Shown here in pieces: positions 30,215 to 39,486 of a DNA stretch of 64,000 bases. The position numbers and the translations under genes were made by a program. A model generated the notes under the pieces. That model searched no databases and was not told the DNA's origin. It saw only the letters and a program-made list of their open reading frames with translations. How positions within the stretch are numbered: position 1 is the stretch's first letter; every line of letters starts with the position of its first letter. Where the stretch lies: contig CAMWUN010000009.1 in the NCBI GenBank assembly GCA_947177425.1, forward strand, positions 14,254 through 78,253, written 5' to 3'. Origin of the DNA: an uncultured bacterium (GTDB taxonomy: Bacteria; Bacillota; Clostridia; Lachnospirales; Lachnospiraceae).

Positions 30215-30275
30215 CCCTTAAGTTAAGATGTGTGTGGAGCGCACAGCAACTCATACAACATTTTTAACTTAAGGG
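30215..30275. terminator. Long hairpin between convergent xer and LysM genes
   Basis: CCCTTAAGTTAA ... TTAACTTAAGGG 12-bp perfect arms with imperfect extension. Confidence 0.55.
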
Positions 30276-30278
30276 CAT

Positions 30279-30665
30279 TCATCCATTATCTGCATCCATA
30301 GCAGTCCCAGAACCATAATAAGGAAGAATAAGGTATTGCCCAGCCACAATCTTATGATCAGAGAGGGAATTCAAACGCATAACTTCCTTTATATAGTCCC
30401 TGCTGTCCTCATATTCACCACTGCCTCCATACTCACTGGCATAATCCCAGAGAGTATCTCCATTCTGCACTACGATACTCTTATAATATTTATACAAAAC
30501 CGCCTCGGAATTACTCTGTGCTTTGGCTCTGAAACTGAAAAATATCAGAGAAAAACCTATAGCCAGCAATGTAGTCATAAGATACATGCGTATATTATGG
30601 CGAAGCTGACGTCTCCTTCTAATTCGATTATTTGCAATTCTACGTTCACTTATCCGGGAATCCAT
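30279..30665 (-). CDS. LysM-domain membrane protein, YneA-like SOS cell-division inhibitor
   Basis: TM helix followed by a LysM motif (VQNGDTLWDYA...I..VMRLNSL..HKIVAGQYLILP); divergent from lexA as in the Bacillus yneA/lexA layout. Confidence 0.8.
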   Translation of the reverse strand: MDSRISERRIANNRIRRRRQLRHNIRMYLMTTLLAIGFSLIFFSFRAKAQSNSEAVLYKYYKSIVVQNGDTLWDYASEYGGSGEYEDSRDYIKEVMRLNSLSDHKIVAGQYLILPYYGSGTAMDADNG

Positions 30666-30691
30666 TCTGAACACCTCCATGATATATTATA

Positions 30692-30801
30692 CGAACAAAT
30701 GTTACGAACAATTGTTTGTATAAGTGAATTATATCGAACAAACATTCTTATGTCAATACATTTGCGGAAAAAATCGAACAAATATTTGGAATATACGTTT
30801 G
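30692..30801. promoter_or_regulatory. Cluster of LexA (Cheo) box-like operators
   Basis: Matches to CGAAC-N4-GTTCG: CGAACAAATGTTAC (30692), CGAACAATTGTTTG (30705), CGAACAAACATTCT (30735), CGAACAAATATTTG (30775), GGAATATACGTTTG (30788). Confidence 0.75.
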
Positions 30802-30904
30802 TGTTTTCCTGTTTTGTGTGATATAATATAAAAGGAACAGAATAAGCCATTATTCAGCGGATAGTGGCTTATAACATAATTAACCAGGTAAAAGGAGGAT
30901 ATTC

Positions 30905-31519
30905 ATGGGATACGGGAAAATTAGCAGTAAGCAGCAGGAAATACTAGATTATATTAAAGAAGAAATTTTAAAGCGGGGATATCCGCCTGCTGTCCGGGAA
31001 ATTTGCGAGGCCGTTCATTTAAAGTCAACCTCTTCTGTCCATTCCCATCTTGAAACACTTGAGAAAAACGGCTATATCCGCCGTGACCCTACCAAACCAA
31101 GGGCAATAGAGATATGCGACGATAATTTCCAGATGGTCCGCACAGAGATGGTCAGCCTTCCGGTAATCGGTCAGGTTGCCGCAGGACTGCCTATTCTGGC
31201 AGAGGAAAATATTGAAAGCTATTTCCCTGTCCCGGCAGAGATGGTTCCCCACGGAGAATCTTTTATCTTAAAGGTTAAGGGGGATTCTATGATAAATGCA
31301 GGGATACTAAATGGCGACCGGATTTTTGTCAATGCCTGTAATTCAGCCAGGAATGGGGATATGGTGGTGGCCCTTATTGATGATTCCGCTACAGTCAAAA
31401 CCTTCTACCGGGAAGACGGGCATGTACGCCTTCAGCCTGAAAATGATACGATGGACCCTATTATTGTAGATGACTGCCAGATTCTCGGAACAGTTTTCGG
31501 GGTATTCAGACTTTTCTGA
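30905..31519 (+). CDS. lexA: SOS transcriptional repressor LexA
   Basis: GYPPAVREI HTH, VAAG cleavage site, VKGDSM (Ser) and ATVK (Lys). Confidence 0.97.
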   Translation: MGYGKISSKQQEILDYIKEEILKRGYPPAVREICEAVHLKSTSSVHSHLETLEKNGYIRRDPTKPRAIEICDDNFQMVRTEMVSLPVIGQVAAGLPILAEENIESYFPVPAEMVPHGESFILKVKGDSMINAGILNGDRIFVNACNSARNGDMVVALIDDSATVKTFYREDGHVRLQPENDTMDPIIVDDCQILGTVFGVFRLF

Positions 31520-31570
31520 ACTTAAGGAAGATGAGGCATACGGCATACTGACATGTCACTTTACTATAAA

Positions 31571-31681
31571 AACAAACGCTGTCATGCTTCGCAAGCCAGC
31601 TTATTGTAACAAACGCTGTCACCCTTTGCGAGTCAGCTTATTGTAACAAACGCTGTCACCCTTTGCAAGCCAGCTTATTGC
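31571..31681. repeat. Three tandem 37-bp repeats (no spacers)
   Basis: Units 31571-31607, 31608-31644 and 31645-31681; consensus AACAAACGCTGTCACCCTTTGCRAGYCAGCTTATTGT. Confidence 0.92.
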
Positions 31682-31771
31682 AATGAAATATCCGGCGATA
31701 CAGGTTGACCCTGAACCGCCGGATGCCTTCAAATAGTTTTAAATTTTTAAACCATATACTTATAACAATTA

Positions 31772-32404
31772 TTATTGTCGTGTTTTAAACCGCACATTAA
31801 TATAGGAAATAATCTCTTCAACACACCGGTCATATCCAAGTTTGGAACTGTCCAGACACAAATCATAATTTCTTGCGTCCGTCCATTCTCTTCCAGTGTA
31901 ATATTTGTAGTATTCAGCTCTGTGTTTATCTGTCTTCTGGATAAAACGTTCCAACTCTTTCGAGGGCATGCTGTGTTTCTTGGCCGCCTGTTCCATGCAG
32001 TATTCAGAGGGCGCATGAATAAACACACTGAGAACATTGTCATAGTCCTTCAATATGAAATCTGCACACCGTCCTACAATCACGCAGGCTTCTTCATTTG
32101 CAAGCTGTTTGATGATTTTCGCCTGATAGTTAAATAGATTTTGTGTGGATACAAAATCATCGCTTTCAGGCGGAATCAGTTCCCCATGGTATACACTGTG
32201 GGCGATTTTAAAGAGAATCGTATTTTTGATTTTCTCATCAGCATTGGCAAAGAGAGCTTCGTTGATTCCACTCTCCTCCGAAGCCAGCTTTAAAAGCTCT
32301 TTGTCATAAAAATGAACGCCCAGCTTTTGTGCAAGCATTTTTCCTATGGTAAGCCCGCCGCTCCCATACTGTCTTGCAATGGTAATAACAATTTTGTCCT
32401 TCAT
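31772..32404 (-). CDS. Cytidylate kinase-like family protein (paralog 2)
   Basis: VITIARQYGSGG, CVIVGRCADF and YDLCLDSS motifs; ATG at 32404; follows livF. Confidence 0.87.
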   Translation of the reverse strand: MKDKIVITIARQYGSGGLTIGKMLAQKLGVHFYDKELLKLASEESGINEALFANADEKIKNTILFKIAHSVYHGELIPPESDDFVSTQNLFNYQAKIIKQLANEEACVIVGRCADFILKDYDNVLSVFIHAPSEYCMEQAAKKHSMPSKELERFIQKTDKHRAEYYKYYTGREWTDARNYDLCLDSSKLGYDRCVEEIISYINVRFKTRQ

Positions 32405-32441
32405 GGAACATACCCCCTTTTCAGCAAAATAAATGCCGGAT

Positions 32442-33152
32442 TTATTCACCCAGATATGCTTTTTTGATTGAATCGTTGTTCAGCAGTTCCTCAGCATCTC
32501 CTTCTAAGACAATTTTACCAGTCTCAAGGACATAAGCTCGGTCTGAAATTGACAGAGCCTTCTTAGCGTTCTGCTCTACCAGAAGCACGGTGGTGCCGCT
32601 GGCGCTTACTTCTTGTATGATATTAAAAATTTCATTAACAAAAATAGGGGAAAGTCCCATGGAAGGTTCATCCATCAGAATAATCCTGGGGTGTGACATA
32701 AGCGCCCTGCCCATGGCAAGCATCTGCTGCTCCCCGCCGCTTAGTGTGCCGGCAAGCTGATTCTGCCGCTCTTCCAGCCTTGGAAAACGCTGGTATACAG
32801 TTTTCAGCGTTTCTTCAATTTCCTCCTTGTCCTTCCGCGTGTAAGCACCCATTCTTAAATTCTGCAAAACTGTAAGATTTGCAAATACACGCCTTCCCTC
32901 AGGTACATGGGCCATTCCCATGGACACAATCTTGTGTGCGGGAACCTTTGTAATATTTTTTCCATCAAATAATACAGAACCGGATTTCGCTTCTAGAAGG
33001 CCGGTCACTGTATGCAGGATTGTGGTCTTTCCGGCGCCGTTTGCACCGATAAGAGCAATAACTTCTCCTTCGTTTACTTCAAATGATACGCCTTTTATGG
33101 CTTGAATCATACCATAATATACTTCTAAATCTTTAATTTCAAGCATTGCCAT
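32442..33152 (-). CDS. livF: Branched-chain amino acid ABC transporter ATP-binding protein
   Basis: GANGAGKTT, VPEGRRVF, LSGGEQQML and DEPSMGL motifs. Confidence 0.93.
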   Translation of the reverse strand: MAMLEIKDLEVYYGMIQAIKGVSFEVNEGEVIALIGANGAGKTTILHTVTGLLEAKSGSVLFDGKNITKVPAHKIVSMGMAHVPEGRRVFANLTVLQNLRMGAYTRKDKEEIEETLKTVYQRFPRLEERQNQLAGTLSGGEQQMLAMGRALMSHPRIILMDEPSMGLSPIFVNEIFNIIQEVSASGTTVLLVEQNAKKALSISDRAYVLETGKIVLEGDAEELLNNDSIKKAYLGE

Positions 33153-33215
33153 AGTTTTATCCTCCACGCTGTAACAGCCCAGACTGGCCGGACTCTCACT
33201 CTATGCATCCTTCCA

Positions 33216-33977
33216 TTATTCGCCCAGATATGCTGTGATAACCTGAGGATCATTGAGCACTCTGCTGGTCTTACCCTGTGACAGAATACGTCCGAAATTC
33301 AGCACAGTAAGTTCCTCACATATGCCTGAAACCAGTTTCATATCATGTTCGATCAAAAGAATCGTCATATCAAAATTGTCCCGGACAAAACGGATGGTGT
33401 CCATAAGTTCCATAGTCTCGTTGGGATTCATGCCTGCAGCCGGCTCATCTAACAGAAGCAGTCTGGGCTCTGTTGCTAAAGCTCTGGCAATCTCCAGCTT
33501 CCGCTGTTTACCGTAAGGGAGATTAGCCGCCAGATAGTCTGCCTCCCCTTCCAGTTCAAATACTTTTAAAAGTTCCATGGCCTTTTCGTTCATGGCCTTT
33601 TCCATCTTAAAATAATTAGGCAGCCTTAAAATGCCTTCCAGAGTAGAATATTTATAATGGTTGTGAAGGCCTGCCTTTACATTGTCCAGTACACTTAAAT
33701 CTTTAAATAATCTAATATTCTGGAAAGTTCTGGCAATCCCCGCCTTGTTTATTTCAATGGTCTTTAATCCGGTAATATTGTTTCCTTCCAGTGAGATAAC
33801 GCCTTCACTGGGTTTATAGACGCCTGTAAGGAGATTAAATATGGTTGTTTTCCCAGCTCCATTGGGGCCAATCAGACCATAAAGCTGCCCCTTTTTTATG
33901 GAAATCTCAAAATCATCCACTGCCCGGAGTCCGCCAAAGGAAATGCCCAAGTTTTTAACTTCCAATAATGCTGCCAT
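33216..33977 (-). CDS. livG: Branched-chain amino acid ABC transporter ATP-binding protein
   Basis: GPNGAGKTT, ARTFQNIRLF, LPYGKQRKLEIARAL and DEPAAGMN motifs. Confidence 0.93.
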   Translation of the reverse strand: MAALLEVKNLGISFGGLRAVDDFEISIKKGQLYGLIGPNGAGKTTIFNLLTGVYKPSEGVISLEGNNITGLKTIEINKAGIARTFQNIRLFKDLSVLDNVKAGLHNHYKYSTLEGILRLPNYFKMEKAMNEKAMELLKVFELEGEADYLAANLPYGKQRKLEIARALATEPRLLLLDEPAAGMNPNETMELMDTIRFVRDNFDMTILLIEHDMKLVSGICEELTVLNFGRILSQGKTSRVLNDPQVITAYLGE

Positions 33978-33979
33978 AG

Positions 33980-35047
33980 TCACTGTACCTCCCTGGTTCT
34001 TTTCAACAGCCGTTTAAGGGAATATCTTTTCCTAAGGTCAATCAGCTTTGGACTCCAGTTAAACAGCATCATAACAATCAATACAATAGAATAAATCAGC
34101 ATACGGTAGTTACTGAGCCCCCGCAGCAGTTCAGGAAGCAGGGTTAAGACAACCGCCGAAATAATGGATCCCCTGATATTTCCAATGCCGCCAAGAACCA
34201 CAAATACAAGTATCATAATGGACATATTGTAACCGAAATTCTTAGGCGTCGCCATAAGGCTGTTTAAATTATGGGAATACAAAACACCTGCCACTCCCGC
34301 TAATGCCGCAGAAATGGAAAATGCCATAAGCTTATATTTGGTAATGTTAATGCCGATTGATTCCGCCGCAATCAGATTATCTCTGATGGACATGATTGCC
34401 CGGCCGTCTCTGGAATGAATCAGGTTAAGGACAATAATTAAGGTAAGGATAATCAGTATGACCCCGATTGTAAAGGTAGAATCTTTCGGTGTCCCGGTAA
34501 TGCCCTGCGCACCATTAATAATAACATCTCCCTCCGGCTCCAGTCCCAGGGACAGGGAATCTTTTGTGGAAAAGTGAAGCCCACGGCTGTCTTTTCCTAT
34601 ATAAAGTACATTAATTACATTTTTAATTATTTCTCCAAAAGCAAGGGTCACAATTGCAAGGTAGTCTCCCCTCAGCCGCAGCACCGGCATGCCGATTAAA
34701 AAGCCAATGATGCCGGCAGCCAGCGCACCAATCAGAATCGCAAGCACAAAACGCAGCAAACCAAATGTAATCACATTTTTCATGCATTTGGAAAAGAATG
34801 CCCCTGCAAAAGCGCCTACACACATAAACCCTGCGTGTCCAAGGCTCAGTTCACCTAAAATCCCAACTGTCAGGTTCAGGGAGACGGCAAGGATCACATA
34901 CACACATAAGGGGACAAGCAGTCCCTGCATCAGACTGGAAACATGTCCTGTGCTTACAAGAATCTGCATAATCACATAGGCAATGATTACGATTCCATAG
35001 GTGATGATATTATCTTTCATATTTTTACCAAGTTTAAATTTTTTCAC
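33980..35047 (-). CDS. livM: Branched-chain amino acid ABC transporter permease
   Basis: LSLGHAGF, LRLRGDYLAIVTLAFGE and VVLGG.G motifs. Confidence 0.92.
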   Translation of the reverse strand: MKKFKLGKNMKDNIITYGIVIIAYVIMQILVSTGHVSSLMQGLLVPLCVYVILAVSLNLTVGILGELSLGHAGFMCVGAFAGAFFSKCMKNVITFGLLRFVLAILIGALAAGIIGFLIGMPVLRLRGDYLAIVTLAFGEIIKNVINVLYIGKDSRGLHFSTKDSLSLGLEPEGDVIINGAQGITGTPKDSTFTIGVILIILTLIIVLNLIHSRDGRAIMSIRDNLIAAESIGINITKYKLMAFSISAALAGVAGVLYSHNLNSLMATPKNFGYNMSIMILVFVVLGGIGNIRGSIISAVVLTLLPELLRGLSNYRMLIYSIVLIVMMLFNWSPKLIDLRKRYSLKRLLKRTREVQ

Positions 35048-35060
35048 TGATGTATCCTCC

Positions 35061-35945
35061 CTATACCTTCTCCTGAATTTTTCTGCCTAATATGCCGGTA
35101 GGCTTAACAAGCAGGACTACAATCAGAACCATGAACACAATAGCATCCGCCATCTGGGAGGAAATATATGCTTTGCCTAATATTTCAATAATTCCCAGGA
35201 CAATTCCTCCAATCAGGGCGCCGGGAATAGAGCCGATTCCGCCAAATACGGCGGCTACAAAGGCTTTGATTCCAGGCATGGAACCAGTATACGGCGTAAG
35301 GGACGGATAGGCAGAGCAAAGAAGCATGCCCGCAATGGCTGCCAGCGCAGAACCAATAGCAAAAGTCAGGGAGATAGTCCCGTTTACATTAATTCCCATA
35401 AGCTGCGCCGCACCCTTATCCTCGGAAACTGCCAGCATGGCCTGCCCGGCTTTGGTCCTGTTGATAAAAAGGCTAAGGCCAATCATAATAATGATACAGG
35501 AAATAATAGTAACAATCGTCTCGCCAGAGATGATAATCTGGTCATTTGCAAGTTTAACTGCCGGAATGGTGACAACAGAAGTAAACGCCTTGGTATTGGC
35601 TCCGAAAATCAGCAGGGCAATATTCTGCAGAAAATAGCTGACGCCGATTGCCGTAATCAGAACCGCCAGCGATGAGGCTGCCTGCCTAAGGGGCCGGTAT
35701 GCGATATATTCAATGGTAATGCCTAATAGTGTGCACAAAACAACCGCCAGAAGAACACCTGCAAAGGTAGGCAGTCCCTGCATACTAACCGCAAAGAAAA
35801 TTGTGAACCCGCCTACCATAATGACATCCCCATGGGCAAAATTCAGCATCTTGGCAATACCATATACCATGGTATAGCCAAGCGCTATAATTGCATATAC
35901 GCTTCCCAAGCTTATTCCGTTAATCAAATAAGATATAAAACTCAT
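35061..35945 (-). CDS. livH: Branched-chain amino acid ABC transporter permease
   Basis: GSVYAIIALGYTMVYG, NFAHGD and KAFVAAVFGGIG motifs. Confidence 0.93.
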   Translation of the reverse strand: MSFISYLINGISLGSVYAIIALGYTMVYGIAKMLNFAHGDVIMVGGFTIFFAVSMQGLPTFAGVLLAVVLCTLLGITIEYIAYRPLRQAASSLAVLITAIGVSYFLQNIALLIFGANTKAFTSVVTIPAVKLANDQIIISGETIVTIISCIIIMIGLSLFINRTKAGQAMLAVSEDKGAAQLMGINVNGTISLTFAIGSALAAIAGMLLCSAYPSLTPYTGSMPGIKAFVAAVFGGIGSIPGALIGGIVLGIIEILGKAYISSQMADAIVFMVLIVVLLVKPTGILGRKIQEKV

Positions 35946-36148
35946 AAGAACACCTCTGTATGAAAAATTATTTCTGCCGGCCGTATCCGGGCAGATTCCG
36001 ACTTATCCAGTATAGCAGATATACCAGTCTGCTGGCAAGTAAAAAGAGTTTGCAGGACAGATTTTACAGGTCAGCCTGCATGGCTGTCTATAAAATCTGT
36101 CCCATAAACTACAAAAAGAGGGCTGCACTCCGGCAACCCTCTCTGGTT

Positions 36149-36220
36149 TCAATAAACTGACCACCAAGCGCGTGACAGTGTTATCAATAAGCTGCCCCGC
36201 CAAGGGTGACAGCGTTTGAT
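36149..36220. repeat. Two copies of the ~37-bp repeat between livK and livH
   Basis: TCAATAAACTGACCACCAAGCGCGTGACAGTGTTA and TCAATAAGCTGCCCCGCCAAGGGTGACAGCGTTTGAT; a further 12-bp-arm hairpin lies at 36055-36102. Confidence 0.75.
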
Positions 36221-36239
36221 ATGAAAAATGCACGAAACA

Positions 36240-37493
36240 TTATTGGATTAAGGAATAGTTGCCGTTTACAATTTCCATAGCCTTAGGCGCTTTGTTGACT
36301 GCACCGTCGGAATCCCATGACATTGCTTCGCCTGTAAGGCCGTCTACTGTAATTTCAACCATAGAGCCTTTAAGCTTCTCGCAGATATCAGAAGCGCTTT
36401 CATCTGCTGTTGCACCGCTCTTTTCAAGGGCTGCCTTAAGGATATATACGGCATCATATGCATCAGCAGCAAACTGGTTAGGCGTATCGCCATAAGCATC
36501 CTGATATGCGCTTACGAAAGATTTCGTTGCATCGTCTTCTGCATCTGCTGCGAAAGGTGTAAGGAGCATAACGCCTTCTGCCAGGGCTGTGTCAAAGTTT
36601 TCTACATTAAGAATACCGTCAAGGCCGTCGCATCCGAAGAACTTAGGTGCATATCCCATTCCGTTTGCCTGTGTCAGGATAAGGGATGCCTCTGTGTAGT
36701 AAATAGGCAGGAAAATAAGTTCTGCCCCTGCATCTTTTGCTTTCTGTAGCTGTACAGAAAAGTCTGTCTTGTTGTCAGCGGTAAAAGCTTCTGCTGAAAC
36801 AATTTCAAAAGGCTGGTTGGCAGCTTCCTGTGCAAACTTCTCATAGATGCCTGAAGAATATACATCAGAACTGTCATAAATAACTGCAACCTTTTCAGCA
36901 ACTGCGTTTGTTCCAATGTACTGGGCAGCGCCCACACCCTGGTTAGGGTCTGTAAAGCATACCTGGAAGACATTGTCATTGTCCTTAAGGATATCTACAG
37001 ATGAACCTGAAGGGGTAAGCTGGAACAGGTTGTCATTTGCAGACTCCGCTGCCACCGCGATACAGCATCCGCTGGTGGTGGTTCCCACTAACATCTGCAT
37101 GCCCCAGTCCTTTAAGGTATTGTATGCATTGACAGATTTTTCATTGTCACATTCATCATCCTGGAAGTTGTACTCAATCTGGTACCCGTTGATGCCTCCT
37201 GCTGCATTGATTTCTTTTACTGCAAGGTCAGCGCCGTTCTGGACTGCAATGCCGTAAACTGCTGCACCTCCTGTGGAAGGGCCGATTGCTCCGATTTTAA
37301 ATGAAGCGCCTGAACCTCCTGCATTTTCAGTTCCGTCTGTGCTCTCTGCTGCTTCAGTTCCGGATTCTGTGCTGGCTGCTTCCTGGGTATCTGAGCCCTG
37401 CTGTGCAGCATCGCTGCCGCCACATGCTGAAAGCATTGTCGCTGTCATTGCCGCTGCAGCTAAAAGACTCACTGCTTTTTTGAATTTCTTCAT
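36240..37493 (-). CDS. livK: Branched-chain amino acid ABC transporter substrate-binding lipoprotein
   Basis: Lipobox LSAC; GADLAVKEINAAGGING and AADAYDAV (Leu/Ile/Val-binding family). Confidence 0.88.
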   Translation of the reverse strand: MKKFKKAVSLLAAAAMTATMLSACGGSDAAQQGSDTQEAASTESGTEAAESTDGTENAGGSGASFKIGAIGPSTGGAAVYGIAVQNGADLAVKEINAAGGINGYQIEYNFQDDECDNEKSVNAYNTLKDWGMQMLVGTTTSGCCIAVAAESANDNLFQLTPSGSSVDILKDNDNVFQVCFTDPNQGVGAAQYIGTNAVAEKVAVIYDSSDVYSSGIYEKFAQEAANQPFEIVSAEAFTADNKTDFSVQLQKAKDAGAELIFLPIYYTEASLILTQANGMGYAPKFFGCDGLDGILNVENFDTALAEGVMLLTPFAADAEDDATKSFVSAYQDAYGDTPNQFAADAYDAVYILKAALEKSGATADESASDICEKLKGSMVEITVDGLTGEAMSWDSDGAVNKAPKAMEIVNGNYSLIQ

Positions 37494-37527
37494 AATTATT
37501 CCTCCTCAAAATTTTATTTCATGAGAA

Positions 37528-37556
37528 ATAATAACGCAAATGCAAATTATTGTCAA
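37528..37556 (-). promoter_or_regulatory. Sigma-A promoter of the liv operon
   Basis: On the - strand: TTGACA (37556-37551)-N17-TATTAT (37533-37528). Confidence 0.65.
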
Positions 37557-37590
37557 CTTTGTAATTTAATTTTTCTTGATATTTTCCTTA

Positions 37591-37602
37591 TATTTATGCA
37601 AA
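37591..37602. repeat. Putative attL core
   Basis: TATTTATGCAAA, identical to 46173-46184. Confidence 0.65.
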
Positions 37603-37742
37603 TACAATACATTATATTGAGTCAATGTTAATATTTTGCTGTCATTAGCTTTTTAATCCGCATAAAGCCCGGGTCTATAGTACATAACACCATAAACCGA
37701 CCTTTTGTCTTATCCTGTCTTAATCTTCGTTCTGATAAGCAT

Positions 37743-37778
37743 ATTGGAGTATAAATTGGGGTACAGATTGGGGTATGC
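37743..37778. repeat. Putative integrase arm-type sites (left), 3 x 12-bp period
   Basis: ATTGGAGTATAA / ATTGGGGTACAG / ATTGGGGTATGC. Confidence 0.7.
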
Positions 37779-38257
37779 TTATTTACTTAAAATTGCCAAA
37801 CTACCAATATGAGAATGTCCAGAAGTGTTCCCGCCGGTTTAATGTCATTACCTCTAATTCTGCTGTATCCACTTTAGCCTGTTTCAATCCGATTTATTCA
37901 TATTTCCCCCTCTGAAGACGCAAAAGCTCTATTTCTTTTTTGCGTCTGTTAACTCTTAAACTCCTGTACTATCTGCTAAACTGCGACTGTTGTACTGTCC
38001 TACTTTCTGGTATGGCGGATGCTTTTCTTTTTCCAGTAATTATGCGGTTTTTGGCAGTTCTTGCTATTCTGGCAAGCTCCTTAAATGTTATTAATTTAAC
38101 GTCTTCTTAAAACATCATTTTTGTACACCGTCCTGTCACGCGCACGCAAACACTGAAAAAAAAATCTTATAGCTAGGCAGCTTATGGGCCTCGGAAGCAC
38201 CGCATAGAGGTTATCTTTTTTGACAGTACCTTTTTGGAGTTTAAGCCCGCATTATAA

Positions 38258-38294
38258 AAAGCAGAGGCTATATATATATTCCAACCTCTGCTTT
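38258..38294 (-). terminator. Hairpin downstream of integrase
   Basis: AAAGCAGAGG ... CCTCTGCTTT 10-bp arms. Confidence 0.55.
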
Positions 38295-38317
38295 ACCTCT
38301 TTCCGTATGCCTGCTGC

Positions 38318-39445
38318 CTATAATGCTATATTGATACTGTTCATTTCTTCCTGCTTTGTATTGGGTAGTACATGGGAATATAAATCCATTGTCATTGACA
38401 GGCTGGCATGTCCAAGGATGGTCTTCAATACCTGGGCGCTCCCTCCCTGCTCTATGTACCTTGTCGCAAAGGTATCTCTTAATGCATGGGCAGAAAAGTG
38501 TTCTATCCTTTCCCCTCCTACTGTATTTATCCTTTTAAGGGTATCGCTGATTGCTTTATTTACGCTGGCATCGTATACCATGCCACCATAAGCCCCTTCA
38601 AAAACTGCCTGCGACAATGGTATCACATTGCCATGGACAAGGCTTAGTTTTTCCTTCTGGCTCTTTAAACCCCTTTTTATGGAATCATTCAACGGAATAT
38701 CCCTTATACTGGTCTTACTCTTAGGTGTGTCTGTAATATATTCACCTGTGGCGGCCCTACTGATTGTCTTGGTCACGTGGATCACATTGTTAATATAATC
38801 TATGTCACTCCATGTAAGGGCAGTTGCTTCCCCCACCCTCATACCGGTACATAGTAGCAGCGCTATCAGTTCGTATAGCCATTCCTGTTTCACATTCTCC
38901 ATAAACAGTTTCTGTTCATCCAGTGTTAATGCCCTGTGATAGGTTTCAGTTGCGGCCATGCCCTCCAACTTCAATGCCTTGACGCCTGCTGCTGGGCTCT
39001 TGATTATTACCCCGTCCACTACTGCATCATTAAAAATACTCTTAAGTTGTACAATCGTTATATTAACCGTTGTGGCCTTTAGTTTCTGTGCAAGTTCCTT
39101 TTGAAGACGTACGATTTCCCTTTTCTCTATATCCACCATCTTCCGTGAACCCATTGCTGGACTGATATGCTTCCGGTACCTGCACTCTATGTTAAGGGCT
39201 GTATTTCCCTTTATGGTCCCCTCCCTCGCGGCTTTCCACTCTTCATAATACTGGTCTAAGGTTATATTGCGGCTGCTTACATATGATCCAGATCTAATCT
39301 TTTCCCGTAGTTCTGCATCTTTGGCCTTACATTCTTTTAATGTATCAGCATACACACTGTAGCGCTTCCCGTTAATTGTGAACCGTGATTCGTACTTGCC
39401 ATCTTTCCTTTGCCGGTATCCGGCTGACAAACTCCTTTTAGCCAT
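38318..39445 (-). CDS. int: Tyrosine recombinase/integrase (phage/Tn916-like with N-terminal arm-binding domain)
   Basis: N-terminal RQRKDGKYESRF; catalytic TGMRVGE, TPKS, HALR, LGH and LYSH are intact; AAGGAG RBS. Confidence 0.93.
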   Translation of the reverse strand: MAKRSLSAGYRQRKDGKYESRFTINGKRYSVYADTLKECKAKDAELREKIRSGSYVSSRNITLDQYYEEWKAAREGTIKGNTALNIECRYRKHISPAMGSRKMVDIEKREIVRLQKELAQKLKATTVNITIVQLKSIFNDAVVDGVIIKSPAAGVKALKLEGMAATETYHRALTLDEQKLFMENVKQEWLYELIALLLCTGMRVGEATALTWSDIDYINNVIHVTKTISRAATGEYITDTPKSKTSIRDIPLNDSIKRGLKSQKEKLSLVHGNVIPLSQAVFEGAYGGMVYDASVNKAISDTLKRINTVGGERIEHFSAHALRDTFATRYIEQGGSAQVLKTILGHASLSMTMDLYSHVLPNTKQEEMNSINIAL

Positions 39446-39486
39446 ATCGCAATAACTCCTTTCTTTAGCATGAGGCAGCAGGCTTA

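Noticed and set aside
28220-30280. difSL- or difH-type site next to the recombinase
   Set aside because: No AAAACTGTAATTTTC-like core was found by eye; the only dif-like candidate is at 26006-26032.
31571-31681. Possible CRISPR array (3 x 37-bp repeats)
   Set aside because: The units abut with no unique spacers, there are no cas genes, and the same unit is dispersed singly elsewhere.
37500-37800. tRNA/tmRNA as integration target
   Set aside because: No cloverleaf, T-arm (GTTCRA) or CCA-ended tRNA-like sequence was seen at either junction.
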